A stretch of 64,000 bases of DNA, taken from the NCBI GenBank assembly GCA_009377715.1, contig WHTN01000005.1:2764-66763 (forward strand). The letters run 5' to 3'. How positions within the stretch are numbered: position 1 is the stretch's first letter; every line of letters starts with the position of its first letter. A model generated the notes under the pieces. The model did not search any database, was not told the DNA's origin, and saw nothing but the letters and a program-made list of their open reading frames with translations. The position numbers were made by a program, and so were the translations under genes. The DNA is from Dehalococcoidia bacterium (GTDB lineage Bacteria > Chloroflexota > Dehalococcoidia > SM23-28-2 > WHTN01). Shown piece by piece: positions 17,293 through 26,318 of the stretch.

Positions 17293-18642
17293 ATGGGACT
17301 TAAGATGCTTCGCTTCTTTAAAGACGCCGACTTTATAAAGTGGCTCTATCCGGGCATCCACATAAAACGGTGGTTGCTGCTTCTGGTTGTGGCTGTAGGC
17401 CTGATGACTCTGGGCCTTTCGTATGTCTTACGAGAGGCTTATATCTCTGGTTTCACCTTCCCGGCGCCTGTATATTACATAACGCTGCAGTTCATACCCC
17501 GCTATGTCAGGGGAGCGATGTACTTCAGCGGTAGCCTTGCGCTCATCGTTTATGCCATGTGGAAGCTAAACGCCACAATCATCTCGGCTGTCGTCCCCCA
17601 GCAACATCGCGACGAAAGCTTGGTCAGCTTGCTATATAACCAGCGCTCACTGCGCCGCGGGCCTAGGGTCGTAGCGATCGGTGGCGGCACAGGGCTTTCC
17701 ACGTTGCTGCGCGGACTTAAGGAGCACACTAGCAATCTCACGGCCATCGTCACTGTAGCCGACGATGGTGGAAGCTCCGGCCGCTTGCGCCGCGATTTGG
17801 GTGTTCTGCCTCCGGGCGATCTCCGTAACTGCATCGCCGCCTTAGCGGACGCCGAGCCGCTGATGACTCGCCTCTTTCAATATCGCTTCGCTGAGGGCTC
17901 GGACCTAGCTGGCCACAGCTTCGGCAATCTGTTTATAGTCGCCATGTCTGAGGTGACCGGGACGTTTGAGGAGGCGCTCCGCCATACCAGCCGCGTCCTC
18001 GCGGTGCGCGGGCAGATCTTGCCATCTACCTTAGCCGACGTCACGCTTTATGCTCGAACAGAGGATGAGCAGACTATCAGCGGCGAATCAAACATCACCG
18101 CGTCTGGCAGCCGCTTGAAGGAGGTCTTCCTCCAGCCGTCTAATGTTCAAGCCTACCCAGAAGCGATCAGAGCGATCCTCGACGCAGATATTATCGTCGT
18201 CGGCCCGGGCAGCCTCTTCACAAGTGTTATGCCCAACCTGCTGGTTGGTGGCATAAGGCGCGCACTTCTGGTCTCACGAGCGACTAAAGTTTACGTATGC
18301 AACGTAGCGACTCAGCCCGGCGAGACCGACATGTTTACCGTCGGCGACCATGTAAGGGTAATGGAGAAGCACATCGGTAAGGGGATTTTCCATAGCGTCT
18401 TAGCCCACAGCGACGGTAACTCCGACCTCCCGAAGGAACGTTCTTGGGAGCCCGTAAGGCTAGGTGATGATACGTTGGACGGCGTTCGACTGATACTCGC
18501 AGACGTGGTGGATGACCACAACCTGTACCATCACGACACGAAGAAGCTGGCCGCCGCCATAATGCGCCTATACATCGAGCGCGACCAATGGGAACAGAAT
18601 ACCGTTGTCTCCTTCCCGGAGGAGACTGCGACCGCACTCTAG
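17293..18642 (+). CDS. YvcK/CofD-family (UPF0052, gluconeogenesis factor-like) protein with N-terminal TM segments
   Basis: PRVVAIGGGTGLSTLLRGLKEHTSNLTAIVTVADDGGSSGRLR...GPGSLFTSV. Confidence 0.85.
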   Translation: MGLKMLRFFKDADFIKWLYPGIHIKRWLLLLVVAVGLMTLGLSYVLREAYISGFTFPAPVYYITLQFIPRYVRGAMYFSGSLALIVYAMWKLNATIISAVVPQQHRDESLVSLLYNQRSLRRGPRVVAIGGGTGLSTLLRGLKEHTSNLTAIVTVADDGGSSGRLRRDLGVLPPGDLRNCIAALADAEPLMTRLFQYRFAEGSDLAGHSFGNLFIVAMSEVTGTFEEALRHTSRVLAVRGQILPSTLADVTLYARTEDEQTISGESNITASGSRLKEVFLQPSNVQAYPEAIRAILDADIIVVGPGSLFTSVMPNLLVGGIRRALLVSRATKVYVCNVATQPGETDMFTVGDHVRVMEKHIGKGIFHSVLAHSDGNSDLPKERSWEPVRLGDDTLDGVRLILADVVDDHNLYHHDTKKLAAAIMRLYIERDQWEQNTVVSFPEETATAL

Positions 18643-18657
18643 AAGGATCGAAGATAC

Positions 18658-18879
18658 ATGGATTTTGTTAGGATACTTAACGTAGCGCAGGTGCTCGTTG
18701 CCATAGCGCTGATCACCATTGTTCTGATTCAGGCCAAGGGACGAGGCCTGAATCAGGGAATGGCTGGAGCCGTAGTCCATACTCGCCGCGGCGTGGAGAA
18801 GACGATATTTAACTTCACAATCGTCCTCGGCGTGCTGTTCGTACTCGTCTCGGCCATAAGCGTTGCTGCCGCCAATTAG
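18658..18879 (+). CDS. secG: Preprotein translocase subunit SecG
   Basis: 73 aa with two TM helices and a VLVAIALITIVLIQAKG signature. Confidence 0.85.
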   Translation: MDFVRILNVAQVLVAIALITIVLIQAKGRGLNQGMAGAVVHTRRGVEKTIFNFTIVLGVLFVLVSAISVAAAN

Positions 18880-18948
18880 CTAAGCCCCATATCCTCTCTT
18901 GACGCCATTTTCAAGCATCGCCAAGATAGCCGCCATTTGTTACCTGTA

Positions 18949-19923
18949 ATGTCTACTCGCGTAGTCTTCATGGGCTCGCCCGAGTTCGCCCTCCCGACGC
19001 TCAGCCGCCTGATCGAAAGCGAATACGACATCGTCGGCGTGTACACAGCCCGGGACCGGGAAGCGGGACGCGGTCGCAGGCTTACGGAGTCGCCGGTGAA
19101 GCGATTAGCTGTAGCCAGCGGTCTGCCTGTGTTCCAGCCGCCGAGCCTGAGGCCCCCTGAAGCTGTCGCTGAGCTAGAGATGCTGCGGCCCGATCTGATT
19201 GTCATCGCCGCGTACGGTCAGATCCTGCGTCAGCCGGTGCTCGACCTGCCCCCCAAGGGCGTGCTGAACGTCCATCCTTCGCTCCTGCCGCGCCACCGCG
19301 GCGCCTCTCCGATCCCTGCCACCATACTGGCCGGCGACGATGAAACAGGCGTAACTATTTTGCAGACGGAGGCCGGCGTAGACAGCGGCCCGATCCTAAG
19401 TCAGCGCCGCATGCCTATTGAGCCAACCGATACGACCGGCAGCCTCTCGATTAGATTAGCGGAACTCGGAGCAGATCTTCTGATCGAAACGATGCCCGGC
19501 TGGTTGGACGGAACGGTTAAAGCTATGCCGCAGGACGATTCGCTTGCGACCTATGCTCCTATGCTCCGCAAGGAAGAAGGCTTGATCGATTGGAGCCAGT
19601 TAGCCATCAATATCTGGCGGAAGGTGCGGGCCTATAACCCCTGGCCGGGCGCTTACACTACGCTCGACGGGGAGGTCATCCACATCTGGGATGCTTGGCC
19701 CTTGAAGAACGGTTCTGTGACCGAGCTAGGGACTGTAGTCGCGCTCGACGAAGAACAGTCCAAAGGCATCTCTGCTTTCGCGAACGGTGCAGCCTTGGGT
19801 GTGCAGACGGGAGATGGCTTGCTGGCAGTGCTCACGCTACAGCGAGCCGGCCGTAAAGCGCTGGCCGCACAGGATTTCCTGCGCGGCCAGCGTGACTTTA
19901 TAGGTCGGCGACTCGGCGAATAA
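18949..19923 (+). CDS. fmt: Methionyl-tRNA formyltransferase
   Basis: MSTRVVFMGSPEFALPTL...NVHPSLLPRHRGASPI. ATG 18949 is preferred over the TTG at 18937. Confidence 0.93.
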   Translation: MSTRVVFMGSPEFALPTLSRLIESEYDIVGVYTARDREAGRGRRLTESPVKRLAVASGLPVFQPPSLRPPEAVAELEMLRPDLIVIAAYGQILRQPVLDLPPKGVLNVHPSLLPRHRGASPIPATILAGDDETGVTILQTEAGVDSGPILSQRRMPIEPTDTTGSLSIRLAELGADLLIETMPGWLDGTVKAMPQDDSLATYAPMLRKEEGLIDWSQLAINIWRKVRAYNPWPGAYTTLDGEVIHIWDAWPLKNGSVTELGTVVALDEEQSKGISAFANGAALGVQTGDGLLAVLTLQRAGRKALAAQDFLRGQRDFIGRRLGE

Positions 19924-19935
19924 ACGATTTGCGAG

Positions 19936-20607
19936 CTATTCCTCCTTGCTCTCTTCGCCTTCCTGAGCCGCTTCTACTTCAGCCGCCTCCGCAGCTTCTT
20001 CGGCCGCCGCAGCTTCCGCTGCCTCATCTTCGATCGCCAGTCGAGGCGCCTCAACCTTCACTACAAGCGTATCGGGGTCTGCGTGAATCACAACATCTTC
20101 CGGGATCGTCAGGTCCCGGACGTAAACGGCCGCATCTATTTGAGTTAGGCGGGAAATGTCGACCTCTATGTGCGAAGGTATCGTTGTCGGCAGCGCTTCT
20201 AGGGATACCGTGTCCAGGCTCTGGACGACGATGCCGTTATAGTCCTTGACGGCGGGTGCTTCGCCTGTCAACACGACCCGCACTTCCAAATGGATCTTTT
20301 CGGCGAGTGAGATCTCATAGAAATCAACGTGTAGGACGGTATCCGTGGTTGAATGGCGCTGCAAATGATGGACTAAGACCGACCTGGGATCGCGTTCGCC
20401 TTCGACGTGAAGTGAAACGATAGTCGTACGCCCCATGCGCCTTAGCGTCTGCAACAGATCCTGTGTCGGCACTTGTACCGCCTTCGATTCGAGGCCATGT
20501 CCATAGATATTGGCGGGCGTTATGCCTTGACGTCGCAGCGCATTCACCTTCTTGCCGAGGGTCTCGCGCGGTGCGACTTTTAACTCTACTTGAGTGGTGG
20601 TGGTCAT
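19936..20607 (-). CDS. rplY: 50S ribosomal protein L25 / general stress protein Ctc, with an acidic Ala/Glu tail
   Basis: LKVAPRETLGKKVNALRRQGITPANIYGHG... Confidence 0.9.
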   Translation of the reverse strand: MTTTTQVELKVAPRETLGKKVNALRRQGITPANIYGHGLESKAVQVPTQDLLQTLRRMGRTTIVSLHVEGERDPRSVLVHHLQRHSTTDTVLHVDFYEISLAEKIHLEVRVVLTGEAPAVKDYNGIVVQSLDTVSLEALPTTIPSHIEVDISRLTQIDAAVYVRDLTIPEDVVIHADPDTLVVKVEAPRLAIEDEAAEAAAAEEAAEAAEVEAAQEGEESKEE

Positions 20608-20691
20608 TCCTAAGATGCTCCTTGTTGGCCGGTTTCTAAACTATGGGTGAAGCTCACTTCACGCGCACTTGTTGAGTATATCGGAAATCTG

Positions 20692-21228
20692 TTATCCGTG
20701 CATCGTCTCCAGCAACGTAGCTAGATCGTCGGCGTGCTCCTCTTCCATCGCCAAAATTCCTTCCATCATCCGCCGGCTGGTCGAGTCTTGATCACCCAGA
20801 TAGCGGATCATTTCGCTGTAGGACTCGATCGCCACCCGCTCGGCCACGAGGTCTTCGCGGATCATATCGACGAGCGATTCGCCTTCCTTGTATTCAGCGT
20901 GGCTTCGCGCGGAGAGGCCATCGGGGGAGAAGTTGGGCTCTCCACCAAGCTGAACGATACGCGCGGCTATTTGGTCGGCGTGGGTCTGCTCCTCGGACGC
21001 ATGCTGAAGGAACTCCTGGGCCACCGGCTCGGCGTTGATGCCGGTAGCCATGTAGTAGTGCCGCTTATAGCGGAGCACGCAAACGATCTCGGTTGCCAAC
21101 GCTTCGTTCAAAAGGCGGATGACCGTTTGTAGGTCTGCCTTATAGCCTTCCGTCACCGCGCCGCGTTCGATATGCTGCCGCGCTCGGTCCCGTATCGCCT
21201 GGATGTCCGATAAAAATTCACCAGCCAT
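20692..21228 (-). CDS. Ferritin-like (bacterioferritin superfamily) protein
   Basis: Di-iron ligand pattern EALATEI...EEQTHADQIAARIVQLGG...ERVAIESY...MEEEHADDL. Confidence 0.75.
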   Translation of the reverse strand: MAGEFLSDIQAIRDRARQHIERGAVTEGYKADLQTVIRLLNEALATEIVCVLRYKRHYYMATGINAEPVAQEFLQHASEEQTHADQIAARIVQLGGEPNFSPDGLSARSHAEYKEGESLVDMIREDLVAERVAIESYSEMIRYLGDQDSTSRRMMEGILAMEEEHADDLATLLETMHG

Positions 21229-21343
21229 TTTCTTCCTCCCTCTAATCTAATCGTCCAGCCCAATCCGTCGCCAACTTAAACGAACCGTACTAAAATTTTA
21301 TTTGACAGCTTCGAGGCTGTCCATCCTAAGATCGATATGGGAG

Positions 21344-21568
21344 ATGGACGTACTCGGCCGTTCGCTGGTCATCGTTGGCATCGTGATCGTCATTCTCGGT
21401 GGCCTGGTTTTGCTCGCGAGCAGAATTCCTCTGCTTGGCAATTTGCCCGGCGACTTCTCCCTTAGCCGGCCGGGCTTCAAGTTTTACTTTCCGCTCGCAA
21501 CGTCGATTCTACTGAGCATCTTGCTCACGATCGTCGTCAACATCGCCATCCGCCTCTTCAACCGCTAA
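21344..21568 (+). CDS. DUF2905 family small membrane protein
   Basis: LGNLPGDFSLSRPGFKFYFPLATSILLSILLTIVVN. The start is uncertain: ATG 21344, or TTG 21302 as in the ORF track. Confidence 0.7.
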   Translation: MDVLGRSLVIVGIVIVILGGLVLLASRIPLLGNLPGDFSLSRPGFKFYFPLATSILLSILLTIVVNIAIRLFNR

Positions 21569-21630
21569 TTCGGATAAAGTATGCTGAGTCGGACAGCTGG
21601 GATACAGTAACCCTGGCGGGCACAGAATTG

Positions 21631-21697
21631 GAAGCTGCAGGATTTATCCTGCAGGTATCCCCCTCCCTGATCCCGCTCACCCGAGCTTGTCGAGGGC
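21631..21697 (+). repeat. Composite intergenic module (second copy of 15629-15696)
   Basis: gaagctgcaggatttatcctgcaggtatccccc, then cccgctcacccgagcttgtcgagggc. Confidence 0.75.
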
Positions 21698-21733
21698 TAA
21701 CAATAATTGAGAGGTAAACTGCTATAGTGCATT

Positions 21734-21792
21734 TGTAGGGACAGACCTTTAGGTCTGTCCGAGCGGACAGGTCTTTTAGACCTGTCCTTACA
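21734..21792 (+). repeat. Double-hairpin intergenic element (TGTAGGGACAG family), copy 2
   Basis: GGACAGACC-ttta-GGTCTGTCC (21739-21760) and GGACAGGTC-tttta-GACCTGTCC (21765-21787). The distal stem positions differ from copy 1 but remain complementary. Confidence 0.75.
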
Positions 21793-21875
21793 AGGAGCAT
21801 TGGATCGAAGCGCAGCAATGTCACAATTTTATTTTTTTGACGTCCCAAAGTAGATTGCTTCGGCCACTTTGGTAA

Positions 21876-21902
21876 CCTCGCACCCCAAGCCTGTCGAGGA
21901 GC
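21876..21902 (+). repeat. Diverged CGCACCCC..GCCTGTCGAGGAGC module
   Basis: cctcgcaccccaagcctgtcgaggagc resembles the CCGCTCACCC..TGTCGAGGGG family. Confidence 0.5.
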
Positions 21903-21929
21903 AAACAAAGCAGCATCCGCGAATTCATA

Positions 21930-22439
21930 ATGCACCCCTCGAAACAACCACGACCCATTCGCCGCCTCGGCGCTCGTATTGTGCTCATCGGCCCAGATGA
22001 CCACGTGTTGCTCTTTCGCGTCGTAGACGCCGGCCAAGAACTCAAAGACTTCTGGATCACGCCCGGCGGAGCGCTCATGCCGGGCGAAACTTACGAGCAA
22101 GCAGCTTTACGAGAGCTATGGGAAGAGACCGGTCTAAGCGGCATCGAATTAGGGCCATGCGTCTGGAAACGCCACCATATCTGGCATTGGGCAGCCAAGG
22201 GCGTGACGTACCTCTCGATCGAGCGCTTCTACGTCGCTCGCACGACAAACTTCGACATCAGCCCGTCTATGCTCAACAAGCTTGAACTAACGATTATGAA
22301 CGAGCACCGTTGGTGGAGCGTGCGAGAGCTTCAGGACGCTGCTGAGACCCATGTCTTCGTGCCGCGGAACATCGCGGAGCTGCTGCCTCCGCTGATCGCC
22401 GGTAACTTCACCGGCGAAGCGATCGAGATCGGCGCCTGA
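21930..22439 (+). CDS. NUDIX hydrolase
   Basis: NUDIX box GGALMPGETYEQAALRELWEETGL. Confidence 0.85.
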   Translation: MHPSKQPRPIRRLGARIVLIGPDDHVLLFRVVDAGQELKDFWITPGGALMPGETYEQAALRELWEETGLSGIELGPCVWKRHHIWHWAAKGVTYLSIERFYVARTTNFDISPSMLNKLELTIMNEHRWWSVRELQDAAETHVFVPRNIAELLPPLIAGNFTGEAIEIGA

Positions 22440-22459
22440 ATGCTAGAATGAGGTCGACG

Positions 22460-22959
22460 ATGAAGACCGTGCTGCCAACTGCCGTAGTCTGTTGCTCCTA
22501 GTGGTACTGGTCGCTTGCAAGGGAGCTACTGTCGAACAAGAGTCAGGGAATGTTGTGCACAATGAGCAGCAGTCAGAAGCAATAGCGGAAACGAACAAAA
22601 ATCCCTTACAGACAGCAACGACTGGGATCGCTATCAACTTCCCCGTCCCGAATGCCCTGGCTGCCTGCGGCCTTAGCCAGGAAGAACTCACGCAAAAGGT
22701 AAGGACTTACGTGGATAACAATTCAGCAAAACTTCAAGCGAAGGGCATCGCTTCAATCGAAGTTATGACTTGTCCAGACGGCACGACCATCGGCGGCTTG
22801 CTGTACAAAGCGGCAGGAAACGCCTATGTGCCTCCTGACTATTGTCAGGACAAGATTCGTGAGGCCGTTCAGTCGAAAGAGAAGTCGGTCCCTGCGCCCA
22901 ATCTCCCGCAGGACTGCTACCCGCCGGCCCAATTTGAGCCTTTCGCTATACCTAAATAA
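22460..22959 (+). CDS. Hypothetical lipoprotein; the signal-peptide start is out of frame with the body (body ORF 22492-22959)
   Basis: GAGGT, then 5 nt, then ATG 22460 gives MKTVLPTAVVCCS*. The body, in the -1 frame, continues LLLVVLVACKGATVEQ with a lipobox LVAC. 500 nt, so one added base gives 167 codons. Confidence 0.55.
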
Positions 22960-22988
22960 AGCACCGCAAGCATCTTTCCGAGAGCTGT

Positions 22989-23040
22989 GAGAAAGCCCAC
23001 GGGAACAAAACCGGGGGCTTTTCCGTCTTAATGGTAAAGG
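22989..23040 (+). repeat. Conserved ~52-nt element between lipoprotein genes, copy 1
   Basis: gagaaagcccacgggaacaaaaccgggggcttttccgtcttaatggtaaagg is nearly identical to 24269-24320. Confidence 0.7.
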
Positions 23041-23062
23041 GGAAAAGAGGGATGTTGAGGCG

Positions 23063-24253
23063 TTGGTACTTAAAACTTTAGCTCTTGCTGCGGTCGCATC
23101 TTGCGCCGCGCTGCTCGTCGCCTGCTCGGCAGACGACGAGCCGGGGCCGTCTACGCTGGCTGGCAAGATAGCGCAAAGCGCAGCTTGCAGTCTTGAGCCG
23201 CAGTCTTTCCTCGCTTCGCCTCCAAAGCTGCCGTTGCCTTCGCCTGAACCAGGTGAGACATATGCCGAGGAGCCAAGCATTTATATTGCCAACCCCGATG
23301 GCTCGAACCGTGAACTGCTGCTTCAAGGTCGCGAACCGGCCTGGTCACCGGATGGCTCTAAGGTAGCGTTTGTCCACAACCAGGACGTGGCCACGGGATT
23401 CGGTGGTGTCTACGACATCTCGGTAATTGATGTTGATAGCAGAGCCATTGTAAGGGTGGCGACGGCACATTGGGCCGACCATGATTTCCCTGGGTCTCTG
23501 GGCTGGACGCCGGATAGCTGCTTTGTGGCATTCGAGGACGGCGAAGGCACATCACTTACGGGTTATTTGGTACGTGCGGACGGCTCCGAGGCGCCGGTAG
23601 CCGTTAGCCAAGGTACGTTTACTTCCTGGTCGCCAACGGAAAATCGGGTTGCTATCCGTACCGAGTCATTTAATATCGATGTTCTGAATGTCGAAACCGG
23701 CGAGCGAGAGTCGACCCAGGCCTTTCGGGAGGCCGTTTGGTCTCCCGATGGCGCCAAGCTTCTCTACAGAAGCCGCTACGACAGTGATCATTACATCCTC
23801 GATGTCGCCACTGGGCAAGCCCGGCTGATTTACGATCAGCACGTACCATCTATGTATTCTGAAATTGGCGCCTGGTCACCAGACGGAAAGAGCGTGGCGC
23901 TGCTTGTCCCCTCTGAAAGCTTCGGCTCTGAGCCGCCCCCGCCAGAACTTTTGGAGAGTCACTGTCTCCCCAGCAAGGCAATAGTCGTTAGCTTAAATAG
24001 CGATGCTGAACGGGTCGAATTGGGCAATGCAACGGCACTCGGCGCTCTCGGATCACAGGGTATCGTCTGGTCGCCCGACGGCCAGTTCGTAGCCTTCCGT
24101 TGGTATGGGGAGCGGACGATTGTCTTCTACAAAGCGCCGGCGGACGGCTCGGCGCCACCCGAGATGTTTCTGCAGGCCGATGAACTAGCCTGGTCCCCCG
24201 ACGAGAGCAAACTCCTATTCGTCTGCGGGCCGGTAAACGACAACTGCCCGTAA
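23063..24253 (+). CDS. Lipoprotein with TolB-like PD40 beta-propeller repeats
   Basis: Signal and lipobox MVLKTLALAAVASCAALLVAC. There are seven (A/V/S)WSPDG-type repeats, including AWSPDGSKVAF, VWSPDGAKLLY, AWSPDGKSVAL and VWSPDGQFVAF. Confidence 0.8.
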   Translation: MVLKTLALAAVASCAALLVACSADDEPGPSTLAGKIAQSAACSLEPQSFLASPPKLPLPSPEPGETYAEEPSIYIANPDGSNRELLLQGREPAWSPDGSKVAFVHNQDVATGFGGVYDISVIDVDSRAIVRVATAHWADHDFPGSLGWTPDSCFVAFEDGEGTSLTGYLVRADGSEAPVAVSQGTFTSWSPTENRVAIRTESFNIDVLNVETGERESTQAFREAVWSPDGAKLLYRSRYDSDHYILDVATGQARLIYDQHVPSMYSEIGAWSPDGKSVALLVPSESFGSEPPPPELLESHCLPSKAIVVSLNSDAERVELGNATALGALGSQGIVWSPDGQFVAFRWYGERTIVFYKAPADGSAPPEMFLQADELAWSPDESKLLFVCGPVNDNCP

Positions 24254-24268
24254 AGCTGGTACACCGTC

Positions 24269-24320
24269 GGAAAAGCCCTCGGGAACAAAAACGGCGGCTT
24301 TTCCGTCTTATGGGTAAAGG
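24269..24320 (+). repeat. Conserved ~52-nt element between lipoprotein genes, copy 2
   Basis: ggaaaagccctcgggaacaaaaacggcggcttttccgtcttatgggtaaagg, with a 9-bp stem GGAAAAGCC / GGCTTTTCC. Confidence 0.7.
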
Positions 24321-24343
24321 AACGCACAAAGGAGGCCAACGTC

Positions 24344-25304
24344 ATGAAGTCTCATAGGTTTTGTTCTTTCGGCTATCGCTGTCGCAGTTGTAGCGCTAAC
24401 GGCTCTCGCCTGTAGCGCCAGCGATGAAGAAAGCCCCGCGCCGCAATCAGTCGCTGGCGTAACCATGGACAGTAGCACTAGCTTAGCGGAGTCATCGGGG
24501 CTTCCCGCAGGGGAAAGTGCGCCCTCACAACCGGGCCAGACCGCTCCTGTGGCTGGCAGCAGCTCTGGCGATGATTCGTCGCCCGTTTCGGTGGACGGTT
24601 TGCAGATAGCCGATCGCAAGATCGTCTATAACGCTAGCCTTGATATGGCCGTCGGCGACGTCGAGAAAGCCGTCGGTGACGTCCAGCGGGTCGCCAGCAG
24701 CGCGGGCGGCTTCCTCTCCGCCGCTAACGTGCGCGTCGAGAAGGACGACGAAGAGGAGCGAAAGGTAGCCGATATCACCGTTCAAGTGCCCGCGAGCGCC
24801 TATCAGGACGTTCTCGGCCAGCTCCGTGGCCTGGCGACAGAGATAAAGACCGAGACTGCTCAGAGCAGCGACGTAACCGAGGAGTTCGCCGACCTCACCG
24901 CTCGCGAGCGCAATCTCGAAGCGACAGAGAGCCGCTACGTGCAGCTTCTCGCTGAGGCGAAGAACATCGGCGAGATCCTGCAGGTGCAGGACCGTATCAA
25001 TGCCACACGACTGGAGATCGAGCGCATACAGGGCCGCCTCAACTTGCTCAACCACCTTTCGGACCTCGCGACGATCTCCGTCCACCTCGAGCCGCCGTTG
25101 GCGGAGGCCGCGACTCCCCCGACCGATAACGCCTGGGACCCGGCGAACGTGGCAAGCAATGCTTGGGAAGCGCTCGTCAACGTCCTGAGGGCTCTCGCGT
25201 CTGGGATAATCGTCGTATCGATATTCGCCCTGCTCGTCGTTCCGGTGGTGGCAGTGGCCGCTCTGGCTTGGAAGCGGTTCGGCGTTCAGCGTAGCCAGAC
25301 GTAG
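24344..25304 (+). CDS. DUF4349 domain lipoprotein; N-terminal signal peptide separated from the body by a 1-nt frame change in a T4 run
   Basis: GGAGG (24331-24335), 8 nt, then ATG 24344 gives MKSHRF. After the T-run 24359-24362 the +1 frame reads VLSAIAVAVVALTALACSASDEE...VTMDSS, continuous with ORF 24465-25304. The body has the DUF4349 pattern (KIVYNASLDMAV...coiled coil...C-terminal TM). 961 nt, so removing one base gives 320 codons. Confidence 0.75.
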
Positions 25305-25442
25305 GGAGTAGGAAGAGGGTAATAGGAAGGAGGAAGGGAAGCGCCATCTCGTTCTTCCTTCTCCTTTTATATTGCTTCGGCCGTTGCGCGTTATATAATA
25401 TCTTCGATCTACTTTGAGAAAGAAGTAACAGCCGAAGCCACC

Positions 25443-25907
25443 ATGAAAGCACCACAAGACTACACGTCTCGTCTTAGGACCATCCTGGTCCCTATAGACA
25501 ATACCGAGGCAAGCTTAGAGGCCCTTGCCTTTGCCGGCGTAGCCGCTAAGCGCAATAAGGGTAAGGTCTTCGTCATCTACACTATCGTAGTCCACAGGGC
25601 GCTCCCCCTGGACGCAGAGATGACGCCCGAAGCACAGAAGGGCGAGGAGCTTCTCTCCCGCGCTGAGGATATAGCCGACGAACTCGATTTCGAAGTCGAG
25701 GCGGAACTCCTGCAAGCCCGCGATGCTGGGCATGCCATCGTCGACGAATCGATCGAGAGGAAGGTCGATGCCATCTTTATGGGCGTCGATTATACTGGCC
25801 CTCCAGCGGCCTTCCAGCTAAATAGTGCGGCTGATTACGTCTTAAAACATGCCCCCTGCCAGGTCTGGCTCTGCCGCCGTGAGGCACAGGATAAAGAGAG
25901 GCGTTAG
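25443..25907 (+). CDS. Universal stress protein (UspA family)
   Basis: ILVPIDNTEASLEALAFA...AIFMGVDYTG...VLKHAPCQVWLCR. Confidence 0.85.
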   Translation: MKAPQDYTSRLRTILVPIDNTEASLEALAFAGVAAKRNKGKVFVIYTIVVHRALPLDAEMTPEAQKGEELLSRAEDIADELDFEVEAELLQARDAGHAIVDESIERKVDAIFMGVDYTGPPAAFQLNSAADYVLKHAPCQVWLCRREAQDKERR

Positions 25908-25908
25908 C

Positions 25909-26316
25909 ATGAAGATAGTGATTATGGGGTGCGGAAGGACCGGCGCGGCCCTCGCGACCCTGCTCGACAAAGACAGCCACGAGGTGACCATCATAGACCT
26001 CTCGGCTTACTCGTTTAGAAGGCTGCCCTCGAACTTTCGAGGCGTTACTTTCGTCGGCAACGGCATAGACCAGGATGTCCTGATTCGCGCTGGAATCGAG
26101 GAGGCGGACGGTTTCGTTGCGATCACACAGGGAGATAACCGCAACATAATGGCGGCGCAGATAGCCAAAAATATCTTTGGCGTTCAACGTGTGGTTTGCC
26201 GCTTGTACGATCCGCTGCGAGCTGAACTCTACACTGAGCTGGGCCTGACGATCTTCAACCCTACGACGCTCGGCGCAGGCATCTTGAAGGATGCGCTTGA
26301 AAAGGTGGAGGTCTAA
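25909..26316 (+). CDS. TrkA-N (RCK N-terminal, NAD-binding) domain protein
   Basis: MKIVIMGCGRTGAALATLLDKDSHEVTIIDL. The ATG lies 2 nt after the usp stop. Confidence 0.85.
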   Translation: MKIVIMGCGRTGAALATLLDKDSHEVTIIDLSAYSFRRLPSNFRGVTFVGNGIDQDVLIRAGIEEADGFVAITQGDNRNIMAAQIAKNIFGVQRVVCRLYDPLRAELYTELGLTIFNPTTLGAGILKDALEKVEV

Positions 26317-26318
26317 GC

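Noticed and set aside
21558-22100. 180-aa minus-strand ORF spanning the 21.6-21.9 kb spacer
   Set aside because: It runs through the repeat modules and overlaps the NUDIX gene start. It has no motif support and is better explained as translated repeats.
23052-23066. Frameshifted start for the PD40 lipoprotein (ATG 23052, MLRR...)
   Set aside because: The TTG 23063 start already gives a complete lipoprotein signal peptide with a Shine-Dalgarno-like AGAGGG about 11 nt upstream, so no frame correction is required. It is kept only as a remark in the lipoprotein finding.
22460-24470. Programmed ribosomal frameshifting as the explanation for the out-of-frame gene starts and for the split smc and dinG genes
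   Set aside because: No slippery heptamer with a downstream structure, or prfB-like Shine-Dalgarno and stop context, is evident at the sites. The events occur in unrelated genes and are mostly equivalent to one missing base, which fits indel error or decay better. The T4 run at 24359-24362 remains listed as a possible phase-variable site in the findings.
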